64,000 nt of DNA from Camelus ferus (Eukaryota): NCBI RefSeq assembly GCF_009834535.1, contig NC_045696.1, forward strand, positions 112,036,001 to 112,100,000. The letters run 5' to 3'. The translations under genes were made by a program, and so were the position numbers. Under the pieces are notes generated by a model. That model ran no database searches and was not told where the DNA came from. It saw nothing but the letters and a program-made list of their open reading frames with translations. The stretch's first letter is position 1, and every line of letters begins with the position of its first letter. Shown piece after piece: positions 40,702-54,300 of the stretch.

Positions 40702-40868
40702 TGAAGGAGTGTGTGTTTGCCCGGGTCACCCGGGATCCTGGCCGAGGGCTGGGGCTGGGTTATGAGAATCCCTGCTATTCTGACCACACATGCAACAGGT
40801 GCTGAGCACAGGCAGGGGACAAAAGAAGGGCTGGGGAAGACTTTGATTTTTAAGTCCTTAAAGAAAGC

Positions 40869-41060
40869 CTTGCTTTCCAAAGTGTGGTCCCCGGCTCTCT
40901 GCATCAGCACCACCTGGGAACCCGTCAACACGCAGATTCTCAGCTTCACCCCAGAAACGCCTGCCGAATCAAAACAGCCATCTTAACAAAATCCCCAGAT
41001 AATTCCCAGGCACCCTAACAACGCAGGAGGCACCCTGACGTAAAAATGTCTTGTTACTGT
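40869..41060. mobile_element. MER5-family hAT DNA transposon
   Basis: caaagtgtggtcccc...gcatcagcaccacctggga...gcagattctcag. Confidence 0.7.
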
Positions 41061-43017
41061 CCTAAACTCCCCAGAACCCCAAGCTGCTGAATCAATTTGG
41101 CTCCGGAACTCTGTCGGCTTCCCCTCTGCACAGGTCCTCACTAAATACTCCACCATGTTGAGCACTTAATACATTAAGATGTCCAGGCTGTGCATGTTTT
41201 TATGCTCACCAGAAGACTTCCTTCTCTCCCACGGAGTTTTGGCTGTGGATTTTCGGTGGCAGAGAGTTCAGAGTTGCACCGGAAGAGCTGAAGGAATAGT
41301 ATTTACTATTTACTGAGCACTTACCCATGTGCCCAGGAGGCATTAACTCAAGACTCCTCCCCCAAACTACAAGGGAGGGGAGGATGGGGGAACTCTGCAC
41401 CTTAGAATTGGGAAATGTAAACACAACCCTACTCTCAGCCTTTACAAAAGAGATTTAAATGGCTTAATATATATTACTATTATTTCACTAAAACCCACTA
41501 TGTCACTAAAATTTTAACTTCTCATCTTTCATGTCTCTTACTAACTTCCTTTGCTAGAAACATCACTGAGCGTGGTCTGGCTGGGCTTACTTAGGCAAAT
41601 TTGAGAACTGTAGGATTGTGTACCTCCCATTCTTTTAATTCCTGGTTATAATTTTCCAGACACTGATTTGAATCAAGACATGCTTAAATTTGACAAGATA
41701 GTTTGGGCCTTAAAAAGAGGGACCGGGAGGCCCAGGATCACTAATCGCTCTGTGTGGCAGCTACACCTGCCTGGGCTCTGGGCCAGCAGCAGAAATTATT
41801 CCTGGGACTGACTTTTACCACGGGAAGTGCTGCCGTATTTTCATAAGGGACTATGACACGTTCAACACCTACATTTCATTTTTATAATATGCTTTCTTGC
41901 TTCAAGGAACATAGTTGAAAATTATCTCACAGGTTGTTCTAGGTGACGTTTCTAACAGATGATGCTTTAGATCACTATTTTCTAGGACATACCAAGATAG
42001 CTTATGACAGGTGCAGATAAATTCTCCCTTAGAATCACTTAACAGGCCAACACATCTAACTGCTTATTAATGATGAAGGGAGAAGCATCAGGAATGGAAG
42101 TGCGTTAACTGAACACACGCTGGAACCGGTCTCAGGAGTCGTGTAGAGATGAAGCTAATTGCACCACAATGTGAAGGTCCCTGCAGAGTTTATCTCAACA
42201 CCAGATGATTCAGTCCCATATTCCACTTCCAATCAGGATTTCCATAATTTTTAAAAAGCAATTATTGCACTAATAAATGACATTCTATTATCTGTTCAAA
42301 TTTCCTGCAGCCACAGTGGATTAAAACGGGGAACAGTAAAATGTATATCATCTCAGACACACAATTCTTTGCTTATATACTGTAAATATTTTGAAAATCA
42401 CATTGGTACCAGCCTTACAGAAAAGACACGGGGTGGGTGGAATATTTTGGGGGATATTTTAAAAAGATAATGATGAAATTATACAATTATTCTTTGTCAC
42501 GTGGGGATTTTTTTGCCACTTTTCTGAGATCTGAGAAGTTCAAGGGCGATGACACCAGAACCTAGCCTTTCACAGACTCCTCTTTCACAATAAAGTACTT
42601 ACTCTGTTATAAGTCTGCTACAAAGAAGCGTTTTTTGTTTTATTTTGTTGGTTTTTTAAAACAGTTATACACTCAGATTAGCGGCCTCAAAATAACTCTA
42701 AAACCAATTTAACCCTCATTGTGGATTTTCTTGGTTCCTAAAAAGAACTAAAATGCCCTGAGCCTGCAAAAAAACTGGATTTGAACCCCTCTTCTGCCAC
42801 TTACTAATTTAATGGCCAGAGTTTACTTCTCTGAGCCCTAGTGTCTCCTTCATAAAAATGCAGCCAATCCTAACATTCCTGTTGGTCAAAGAGAGACAAC
42901 GTTTGCAACTTGCCTGGCACACAGTGTTTCATAAGTGATCTTCACCCCGGACCTCCACCACTCCCCGCCCCCCCGCCCCTCCCCCGACACTTCCCTTCTA
43001 CCTTCCTTAATCTCGAA

Positions 43018-43243
43018 CAGTGGTTTCTTAACCAACACTGATTTTGCCCCCTTAGAGACATTTGGCAATGTCTGGAGAGATTTTGGCCATCATAATTGGG
43101 AGCTGCTACCAGCATTTAGTGGGTAGATGCCAGGGATGCAACTAAACATCCCATGGAGCCCAGGACAGCCCCCTTCCCTCCCCAGCAACAACAATGAACA
43201 GTCTGGCCCAAATTAGAAACTGTGCTGAGGTCGAAATACCCTA
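43018..43243. mobile_element. MER20 hAT DNA transposon
   Basis: gattttgccccc...gacatttggcaatgtctggaga...tagtgggtaga.gccagggatgc. Confidence 0.88.
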
Positions 43244-44909
43244 ATCCAGGGGACAGGAACTACTTATGGCGAGACTGAAGGACAAAAATGTAGGACAGCC
43301 AAAAAAAAAAATTTCCTGCAGCATTGGAGAAGTGGAAATTGCCCAGTCCTAGGAGACAGAGACAGGAGCCCAGTTCCCGATGCTGCCTCTTACCAGCGGT
43401 CACTTCACCTTCCTGAGCCTCAGTTTCCTAATCTGAGAAATGGAGATGACAAGTGTGCCTGCCACACTGCAGCGTTTATACTTTGTAAGCTACAGAACTC
43501 TATAAAAACACATACACACAAATAATAGCCAGAGAATCTGAGTATCTATTAGAGAGTTTGGGGACAGGTGGGTGAGCCGTATCTTCATGTGACTAATACC
43601 GTTATGACAGGAACACCTGTCGAGTCCAGTTGGATAATAACAACATGGCAATATTAACAGCGACATTTGACATTCAGGGAGCCAGTACTGCAGGCTAGCC
43701 GAATTCTGTTCTCAGCATTTGACACGTATTTAATTCATCTGACCCCATCATGGCCCTACGAGATAGCTGGTCGTAACATATCTAAGAAATACTTCCAGGC
43801 AAGAAACTGGAGGCACAGGCCGGTTAGGTCACTTGCTCGAGGACAGAGGGGCGCAGGTAAGCAGGAATTTGAACGCCAGTGGTCACGAGTTCAGGAGAAT
43901 GAGTGTGACCCAGGTGTTGGGAGAAGACAATGACACTCTCTCAGTCCCCGGCAGCAAGTCTGAGGATCTACAGATCATGTCACACAGAACACGCGGTCAT
44001 CCCAGCATAAGGACCAAAAGTAAAACTGGAAAACTAAAAAAGAAAGAAGCCCTTTTCTCTTTCCAGTCAGAGCAATAAAGTAGGAAAGTCCCCCAGAAGC
44101 AAACACAGGAGTCAGGGGCACTCACCGAGCCCACAAACCCCTCCCATGCCTTCCCCGCCGAGAGCCCAACCCCGAAGGCCAGGCGGGCCAGCTGAATGGC
44201 AGTGGCGCAGATGAAGTTCCAAGGGCCTCTGGCGGCAGTCCAAGGGTGTGTGACTCCACGCTGTCAGGAGCGGTAACTCCGGCCAAATGTGGCTGGCACC
44301 ACGGCCAGCGTTGGGGCTCTGCTGTGGGGGCGGACGGGGGCTCTGGGCCCCCACCTCTGGCTGGTTCTCCCTCTCTTGTCAGTGGACCACTTACACACCC
44401 TTAACCAGGATGTATCTGGCACAAAAATGCAACCTGAAGTCATGCAATGAGTCTCCTGTCCCTGCCTGCAGGTTTAGGATGCCCTCACCAGGGGCCGGAT
44501 CACTCTACTCCAGGAGGACCAAGGTGTTGGGGGCAACCAGAAGCATCCCCACCAAACCTTCTAGAGGATTAATATGACAACACATCAGCTCCAAAGGACA
44601 CGTTTGGGATATTTTATTTTAAAAGATTCTTAAACTTCTATATGGAATTGTTCGGATTAGAGAAACGCTCTAACATGGTTGATTTTTCTTCTTTCATAAC
44701 AGTGATTTCTCAGTATTTCTTGATGTGAGACGGATGAGGGGTTTCAAAGTGCTTTCATCTGAGTTCTTAAAAAAGAAATTGCTAAAGGATACTTAAAAAA
44801 AAAAATTCAAAGAAATCCTCACCAGTCTTCTACCTGTGAGCAGGCCCCAAGGCTCGGGTCTTTTTGGATACTCCTTCCTTCAGGGAACTTTTCATCTTTA
44901 TGGACAAGC

Positions 44910-45145
44910 TGAGGGTGTGGTTGGAAGGGTGAACTCTGGAGTCAGCCTGCCTGGGTTCCAACTCTCCTACTTACTAGCTGTGTGGCTTGGGGCAAGTTAC
45001 TTAACGTCTCTGAGTCTCCATTTCTCCTTGTATGAAATGAGAGCCTATCCCTCCCTGGATCATGATGAACACAAAATGATAAATCACTGTCAAGCGCCGG
45101 GTACCATGCCTGTCGCTCAATGGTGGTTGGAGCAGAGTTATCATC
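44910..45145 (+). mobile_element. MIR SINE
   Basis: ctctggagtcag.ctgcctgggttc...ggcaagttacttaac.tctctg. Confidence 0.8.
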
Positions 45146-46194
45146 ATTACAGGATCGGGGGTCGTGCCTGTGCTGATGAAGGCTGTTCACCTCCTCCTCC
45201 TACACGTCTGTCTCCTGTCTTGATTTCCTGGCCTTTACTTCCATTTTCCTTCTCACAACAGTTGTCCCTCCTGATGAGAGTCCCCACAAGCTAATCCGAG
45301 AAGAGCGCGTTGTGTCAGCTTCACCTCCTCACGCGCCCTCTCAGCAGCCCCTGCCCTCCCAGCCTCTGGCCATTTACCCAGAGGACTACCACAGACCTCT
45401 CCTCAAGGGTCTTCCTGGCCCAGCCCCAATCCTTGTGCACAGAACCCTAAGAAACAGCTTCCTGAAACTCCCCCCACCCAAGGCAGTCTCCCCTTTGAGA
45501 GCCTTCCATAGCTGCTGGAACCCAGGGTCGCAAACCTGCAGATGGACCAGTGCAGGGGCGGGCGGACAGGGCTGGGACGATCAGCCAGCAACATCCCACG
45601 GCTGACGTGTATTTACTGAGCACCTGGCCGGGCCAGGCACAGTGCTAAATGCCGGGTTAAAAAGAAGTTAGAAGACACTGTTCTTGGCCCACACCAACGG
45701 ACAACTAAAAATACCAGACGGCAAAAAATGGCCCCAGCTGGAGGAAGATCTGATGGTGCCCGAGGCGCCCTGACGGGCTTGTGTTGAGCACAGGAAGGCG
45801 CCGGCTGCCTCGCCTTTAAATACTCAGTGCCTAAAAGTACACAGCAGGAGCTCAATAAATGCTGGTTGAAAAAGGAGTGAAAGAGTGAACTCTGCACAGA
45901 AAGCCTTGTATGTGATTCTTAATAAACGGTGGGCGTTTCAGCCAATTCGGTGGAACCTGCCAACAGCACGTATTACACGTGGTGGGTGAGGCCAGGTGTG
46001 CCTTCAGCACACGCCCTCCCTCGCTCGCTCCAGGCAAAAGGGTGGCCAGGGGCAGGGATTGCTACCATTACCTGTTTTTAATCTCCATTATTCACGGGGG
46101 AAACTGAAGTTTAGAGAAGTTCAAGGACTTGTCCAAGGTCTAGGTCAAGCTGGGAACAGCTTGATCTAGAACTGGCATAAGGTTATTAAAACCA

Positions 46195-46360
46195 GGGGAG
46201 GGTCCAGCTCAGTGGTAGAGCAGGTGCTTAGCACGCACGAAGTCCTGGGTTCAACCCCCAGTACCTCTACTAAAAAAATAAAAATACATGAATAGGACTA
46301 GTTACATCTCCCCACAAAATAAATAAATGAAAAGAAACTACCACTTTAAAAAATTTTTTA
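46195..46360 (+). mobile_element. tRNA-derived SINE, camelid Vic-1-like
   Basis: ggggagggtccagctcagtggtagagc...gtcctgggttcaacccccagtacctc, homologous to the copy at 10565. Confidence 0.85.
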
Positions 46361-46420
46361 AAGATTATCATAGCACTCATTTCTAGGCTAAGCCACCCTA
46401 CTAAACTTTTAATGTTTTAA

Positions 46421-46632
46421 GACAAGTCAGCAAACTTTTTCTGTAAAGGACTAGAGAATAAACATTTTAAGCTTCGTGGGCCACATGGTCTCTGTCACAG
46501 CCACCCAGCTCTGCTGTCGTTGGGGGAAAGCAGTTAGGGACAGGACGTCAGTGAATCCACCTCGCCTGTTCCAATCAGTTTATTTACAAAAACAGGCTAC
46601 AGACCAGATTTGGCTGGGTTTCCTGACCCCTG
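46421..46632. mobile_element. MER58A-like hAT DNA transposon
   Basis: gtcagcaaactttttctgtaaagg...tttatttacaaaaacagg...tgacccctg. Confidence 0.82.
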
Positions 46633-47413
46633 CTTGAAGATAAAGGAAGTTAAAACGATTCCTTCTTAGAGTAACTGCACATGTACTGAAAAATCCACCC
46701 TTTTCTTTACTTCTAGGAAAATGAATATGATAGCCACATGTCACAGAGATGTGGGAACTATTTTAAGGATGCGAACACTACAGTGAAATACAGTATTTAT
46801 ATACACTCTGTGTAAGGTCTGCACGTTCCCTTCAAAACTAACCTCATGTATACATTTTTATTAGTTAGGGAGGTCAATATGTCTATCATAAATACATTTT
46901 AAAATTCCTTCCTACAGATTCTGTCTATTGGGATTATTTATCATGCCTGGCCCCCTGGCCTAGAGCCAGGCAGAATATGGGAGTTGTAATACCTTTAATC
47001 CATTACATGGATTTTTTTTTTAAGAGCTCCGTAAGACAAAATAAAGTGCACTCTCATGGCCATATATGCAATAAACCTGATATGCCACTTAATATTTGAT
47101 GTCCTATTTTATATATCAGTTGTGACGGTTTCCAGCTGTCAACATACAAAATGACATAATTTTGGCTATCTTGTTGCTCCAGTGTTTTGTTGCTGTTGTT
47201 TGGAGAACGCCTAACAACACAAAAACAATAAATCTCGTGGTGGGCTTTGCAGGGTGATTATTATTGCTCCCCAACATTCTGAAGAAGTATTGAAATAGCT
47301 GTTCTGTGACATATGCCACCCAGCTTTTGGCATGGTGATTGGCCGTGTTTATTTTTATTAGGCCATGTTAACCTTGAATTGAAAAAGAGGTGGGCATTTA
47401 TTTCCAGTTAGTA

Positions 47414-47905
47414 TGCAGGTGGTCTCCAAGGATGGCCTGCCCAGTGACCCACTCCCCCAGGGAGCGACACTGCTGTGGAGGCCCTTCCCCTTGAATCTGA
47501 GCTGCTACTGAGATTGCTTTTTGACCAGAAGCATGTGGCAGGAGTAACACCGTATCACACATGAGGCTAGGTCGTAAGAGGCCTCGCAGTCTCCATTTGG
47601 GTTCTTTGGAACGCTCATTCCCGGGGAAGCCACGGGAGGAGATCAGGGGCCGCCACACTGTAAGGAAGCTCATGTCACAAGAGGAGGTGGTGTGGAGAGA
47701 GAGGCTCAGGCAGCCGCCAGCTGCTCCAGAAATCTTAGCTGAGGAGCTGGACATGGAATGGAGACACCATCGTGAACATCCAGCCTGGTCCACCCTCAGT
47801 ACCAGCTGACTGCAGCCACATGAGCAATCCCAAGTGAGACAATAAATTGTGTTTTAAGCCATACGTTTGGGGTTGGTCTGTTACACTGCAATGAAGAGCT
47901 GAAAT
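47414..47905 (+). mobile_element. MLT1-type solo LTR
   Basis: aataaattgtgttttaagcca...tttggggttggtctgttacactgcaa. Confidence 0.75.
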
Positions 47906-50067
47906 TAATCCTATCATTACTATTAATTGAAGATGACTTATGTGGAGCCATGAAGAACCCGTGGAAAGAGCCCATCTTGACTCTTTTAGAAGCTGGGAGA
48001 CAGTAATTTGACGTTGCATTCACTGTCCAAGCTTTGCCTGCATTCCTGCCAGTTACAAGAGCAATGGAGTAATTCCATCTAAAAATAATTAACTAAGAAA
48101 TTCTGGATAAAAAGGAGCATGCTAGTCGCTCAGCTATGAATTCAAAGACTGTAATGATTAATATATAATAGAGTAAGGCTCTTAAAAAATAAAAAAGCCT
48201 ACCATAATGCAATCGGTCTTTTTGTCTCAAATTGCTTATAAAACTCATTCCAATCCACCGGAGCCCACATGTGACTACCACCTGCCTGTCACCTGCACAC
48301 ACCCTCTTCTATTTTGAGATGCAGATGTCTGCTTACAGGGTCGTTGTATTTTTATTTGTTCCTCCAGGGGACAGACTGAATTCTCCTCCCCACGCTGGAC
48401 ACTGCAATTCAAAATAATAGCAAAAACCCTGCAGGTAATGGGCCAGACTATTCACTTGATACTCACTAAAGGAGGGTTTAGATCACTTGCTCTCGGTTAC
48501 CTTTCGCGAAACATCTGTTTCATATGAGCCAGTTAAAAGTGCATACATCTGTAAATAATAAGCCTGTGTGTGCACATAATTTAATGAATTAGGACATAAA
48601 AAGGAATTGAACAGTAGGGGCACAGCAATTAGAGTAACTGCCCATTTTGTTAAAAATGTATTGTTTCCAGCTTTCACTTGGAAACCCTTTTATTATCCTG
48701 TGGGTTCTGAGGCTTCCAACCGCCCTCCTTCCCCCACCCTGCAAAGAAACTGGGAGTCGACTCTGCAGAGCTGGCAGAAGGAAGGAAAACCACACCACGC
48801 AAAGCTGAGCCTGGGGGCGGGGGGCACTTCAGACACACTGTCCAGATTCCAGAGGCCCGGACGCCAGAACCACTCTGTGCCCGGAGACTCTCCTCTGTAA
48901 AATGGAGCAGTAACAGTGCCTTTCTCTTCAGGCTGCTGGGAGGATTAGGTGACGGAATTCATTTTACACAGTTGGCATACTCTGCAGATAATCTGCACTG
49001 AATAAAGTTTAATTACTATGCTGGTGATTGTATCATTTGAATAAAAATCAGTCACAACTTAAAAACATTAAGCGGAAAAAAAACAAATCTTGGTTCAAAA
49101 GTTTCTCTTGCTTGTTGATTTGGTCTTATTTCTATTTGATTTCTGCACCCCATTTCTAGGGGTGGACCAAACCAAGGAAGGAAGGGAGGAGTGGTAATGT
49201 GAACAGGAGGTCCTATCAGAAAATCTGTTGCAAGGATAGCAAAGCAGGTGCCGGAAGCCCAAGGAAATACCCTAACCTCATATTTTCAGGCCAACTTTCC
49301 AGCTAGCGTGTTTATAAGGGCTGGCTGCTATGGCAACATGGGCCTCCCAAGTTCTGGCCACGCCCTGACGTTTTCTTCAGGTGTTTTGAGTGACCCCAAA
49401 GCATAGAGATAAACAGACCCAGAGACCACTTGAGAGTTCCCGAATTTCAAGTTCATTGTCACCGAACTACACTCAGCCTAACACCTGAGCCCTTACAGTG
49501 TGCCTGGCACTGGTTATAAAGCAGAAGATGCTCGTGGGAGAGGAAGCATGGCATCTTCTAGAACACACACTGAGATTTCCACGGAGAATGGCCTGCTCCT
49601 CTCTGCCTCCCTGCAGTTTAAAATGTTTATGCAGAGTTGAAAGTAGCTGGGAAAGTTTAGAAGACACCCTGTCCATAGGAAAACCAGGCAGGTGTGGGGC
49701 ACAGGCTAGAAATCACGTTTTCCCGTGATTTGCTTGCTGCAAGAAACAGAACTCAAGTCCAACCCACCGGGATGCTGGGAAAATCATGGTTGAGCTCTGC
49801 AAAGTATGTGTTAGCAAAATAAGCCCTATGTATTTGGCAAGCCGCAGGAAAAACAGTTCCACCCAGAAGGAAAACAAGTTAAACAATTACTAAAAATCAC
49901 GACCCTCCAGGATTCTGTTTACATTCTCCTGCAGTCTATTTACCGTCTCCATAAAGAGATAATTAGAACTCTTGAACCACAATAAGGAAAGAAGAATAAA
50001 GGCAAAGGAAAAGGGACATAAAGAGAATGAACAAATATTGAAAAAACATTAAGAGCTGGTCTACAGA

Positions 50068-50280
50068 GCTGTGTTGTCCAATACAGTAGCCACTAGCCGC
50101 ATGTGGCTATTGAAAGTTAAACTAACTAAAATTAAATAGAATAAAAAAATTCAGTTCCTCAGACATATTAGCCACATTTCAAGTGCTCAATACCCCCACA
50201 GAACCAGCGGTCACTGTGTTGGACAACACAGAACTACAAACGGTTTCCGTCCTTACAGAATGTTCTATTGCAGTGTGCTG
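50068..50280. mobile_element. MER3-like hAT DNA transposon
   Basis: tgtccaatacagtagccactagccgcatgtggctattg...tagccacatttcaagtgctcaata. Confidence 0.85.
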
Positions 50281-51010
50281 GTACCTGGGACATTAAGGGG
50301 CCTGATGTGCTTGAACACCTATCCTCATTGACTCAACCACGGTTAACTGGGTACTGATCAGCTACTATACTAGCTACACTAACGCTCTACTACCACGGGG
50401 AAGCCAGAGGTAAAGGATACAACATCTGACCTCAAAGACTTGCCTGGTTAGTAAGGGAACCCAATCAAGAAAACAAAACAAACCACACCAAAAGGAAGAA
50501 ATGAGGAGAAACACAGAAAACACACCAGGTAACTTGAATGGTCGTTATGGTGGTTGGGGATCCAAGTATTCCCAGTAAAAGTCTTTCAACTTTTCTGCAT
50601 TTAAAATTTTTTTTCACAATAAAGTATTGGAAGAAAATCCATTTACTGAGTCTTCATTATTAGATACTTTAAATAAACTCTCTTATTTAAGTCTATGATA
50701 AGCTTGCAAGGTAAGCATTCTGGATCCATTGTACAGATGAAAAAATGGAGGCAACTTGGAGTGCTAACTTCCACAGCAGAGGCGGTGCATGAGGAGTGCC
50801 CCACGCCAGGGTACCACACTGTGCACAGAGTAACCAGTGGAGCATCCACTGAGAACTTACTACATGACCCACAGGAAGTCACTTCAATTCGTCCACCTGT
50901 CTCCTCAATATCTGTAATTCAATAACCATTGAATTTCAAACAAAAGAAACAGGTAGAACATGGTATATAAAAATCCCAAATATAGAACACTATATAGCAC
51001 TTAAAATACA

Positions 51011-51367
51011 CAGTCATCCCTTCGTATCTGCAGGGCATTGGTTCTAGACTCCCCCTGCCCCCTGGACACAAAAATCCATGGATACTCAAGTCTCTCATAT
51101 AAACAGGCATAGTACATGCATCTAACCTCCGCATCCTCCATATACTTTAAATCATCTCTAGATGACATATAATACCTAATACAATGTAAGTACCATGTAA
51201 ATAGTTGTAAATACAATGTAAACGCGATGTAAATAGCAGCTAACTGTGCAGCAAATTCAGGTTTTGCTTTTTGGAACTTTCTGGAGCTTTTTTTTTCCCG
51301 AGTATTTTCCATCTGAGATCGACTGAATCTGCGGATGTGGAACCCCCAGATATAAAGAGCCAACTGC
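51011..51367. mobile_element. MER2-like TcMar-Tigger DNA transposon
   Basis: cagtcatcccttcgtatctg...cagatataaagagccaactg TIRs, with tactttaaatcatctctagat inside. Confidence 0.85.
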
Positions 51368-54300
51368 ATTTGAAATCACTGATATAAGTGTATTATGCAG
51401 GAAGTCAATTAGCATCCTTGTAATTAATGTAAACTTCATTACAGAGTAAAAGGCTTCCTAAGTTTGAGACCCTCTAAACAGATACTTAAAAATAGGTGGC
51501 AAACACCAAAATATCAATTTCAGTTCATCATCGCTTGGAAAATTTTCTTTTTTTTTTTTTAAATCATGGAAGACACAATAAGGCTGCTTGACTGAGAGGC
51601 ACCACCCTCAGTGCCCACCTCCAGAGGATGGTTCTGAGTGTGCTCGGACAACAAGAAAAACCTTATTTCTCTCACCTCCCTGCGACTCCTTACTAAACAC
51701 GAGGCTACTCCTGACCTCTGAGTCCTGCGAGCCGTGGAGGGATGAGACTGGCACAGACTTCAACACCAAACAGGACGGAAAACAACAAAACCAAAGCGTA
51801 CACAGCCTCTAGTTTCTCCTACAATTTAAAAGGCTGTGACGTCTATGAGAGAAATAACGTGATCAGAGGATGTTCTGTGGTACAGTTCTTTCCCTCCCTC
51901 TCTCCCACCTTTCCCCCAAAGCCAAAGCACTCCAGGGTCCTTTCTTGGTATTATTAGGGCATAAATTTTTTTCTGGAATTCTTCACTCAGCTGTCAGACG
52001 ACAGGGTGGACCTGCTGTCAAAGTCGCCTTCTCCGAGCCTCGATGTCCTCTTCTGCAAAAAGAGGCTCATCGAACCTTCCTCACAGGCTTGTTTGTGATA
52101 ATAAAGCAGGTAGAGTCAGGAGAGTAGACTCTTGTTAAATATTTAACCACCCCCCCCAAAAAAAACCTAACTAAAAACCCCACAATAGCTCTTTCGTTGG
52201 TCCCTATTGGCAGAGACAGCAACGTCTTTGGTGTTGGTGGGATGATGAGATGGCTGCTAGGCAGATGGAAAAGGGCAGCCGGTCATTGTCCTTCCCCATG
52301 GACAGGTAGCCTGACTGAAGCTGGGGACCCTTCCCAGAACACAGTCTTTTAATATAATAAAATCACATTAAACTCTATTTAAGTTAAAAAAAAAGTCACT
52401 CTTGTGGGTTTAACTGTGATGCTTAACGGACAGCAGGTGGTGAAAGAGACGGCAGCCAGCTCCGCTCCAGCCTCTTCCCGCCTCCCAGTGAGCAGCACAG
52501 GGCGCCCGCAGCTACCCCGGGCCAGCCCGGCCGAGCTCGCTGCCAACAGCCCACGTCCATGGCAGCCCCGGGTGCCAAGGCGGAGACACTTCCAGCCCAT
52601 TCCAGCCCTGGAGGGTGTCGCCTCAGCTGACATCCCGTGTGGCAGAAGACCTGCCCAGCTGAGCCCAGTCCATCCACAGATTAATGAGATAATAAATTGT
52701 CCAGCCGCTCAGTTAGGGGGCAGTTTGTTCCACAGCAGTAAGTCACAAAAACAGTCACAAAGATTTGAGTGATTTTTTAAAAATATAATCTAATCAGACC
52801 CAGTCCCCAAAGAACAGTAACAAACACTCCAGAAACATCCACAGGAATCTTCAGGAAGCAAGTTCGTAATACGTATATATGTACTCCACTGTGGAGTTTT
52901 AAAGTGTTTTGTGAATTACAATTAGAAATTGCCTCTGTGGCCGAAACCCACCTCTTGCCTGCTCCTTATGACAAAAATGTGTAACCCCACTTACGCACCA
53001 GCCCTGGCTCTCAATGGGTTTTAGTTCATTCCATAATCAAACTCAGGTTCAAAATCCCGAGGAGACTCCTGCGTCTGCAAGGGGGCTGTGTCACACTGAC
53101 GTGTGTACACAAGTTTCTCCTGCACATTGTGAGTCCAGAGAGAGCAGGGACAGGAAGGGCTTCATCTCAGTGTCCCCACAGAACACATCAGGGAGTCTGG
53201 AGCATGGCTGGTACCCAAGTGAGTAACAGAATGTACTGGCCCCTGACAGCATCTTTGGGCAAAAGTGTATCTGGACCACTTCAAAGGTGACAATGCTCAC
53301 ATGTAAGTGTCAATTATTTGTACAAGATCTAGGGGTCTGGTAAATGGATGCCACTGCATCAGGACCACGGTGCGCTCCCACGGTGACAAACAGGAAGGAC
53401 TGTCACCTAGGTGATGAACCACAGGCAGAGAAACCATTTCACAGAGGGAAGAGATACCAACGAAACGAACATGGTTCACTGCTCTGGAAGGCACGGAAGC
53501 CGCCGCGGCGGCCTGAAACCAGAGAAGGTCCACTCAGCGACTTGTGTGTGCTTCTAGGGCAGGGCAGAAACCTCATTTACATTATCTCTAATCTTTCTAC
53601 AAATTCTGCAATGTCCCATCTCATAGCTGTAGAAATCGATCCCGTGTCAAGGCAGGCTATTTCCATGATCTCAGCCTGTCGGCCGAGCAGGGAATACAGG
53701 TGGAGAGAGGCCGGGGGAGGTGGGGGTGATGTATGTGCAGAGGAGCCGCCGTAAAACTCAGAGGGACAACTTCACAGCCTGTGGTCTGAGGGCAAGGAAA
53801 TCAGTACACCTCCTTCTCCAGAGCGCTCTCTTCGATATACAGGTGACAGGACAACCTCTGTAAGAGTATTTGCAACTTGCACCCGCTAGAAGCCCAACGT
53901 GGGCTTCTGGAAACTCTGGCCCAAGGAGCAGAAAGATGCTTCACCTGCATCCTCCAACTTTCTCGGCAAATCCAAACCTGTTCCTCCTGTCTCTAGGTCC
54001 TATTGTTTCCTCTGATAAGCAGGGCCCCAGTGAGCAATTAAAGCCTTCGATAAATAATCTCTAAGCACATTCATTTGATTGACTGTTATTTGATACAGCA
54101 GTTAGTTTCAATGGGGCAGTTAATATTGATCACAGAAAGGACTCCAGACAAACATGAGACAGTTCCAGAACTCCATGGATTATTACCCTTTATCTGCCAG
54201 TCATCTGGGTTACTTGTAATGGTCACGGAATTTAAAATCAATAATAACAATTAGTGTTCTATACACCAAAACGGATGAATCATGTGAAATGGGTTTTCGT

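Noticed and set aside
51175..51240. ~31 bp tandem duplication aatacaatgtaa...atgtaaatag
   Set aside because: Internal to a MER2-like element and probably a subfamily feature.
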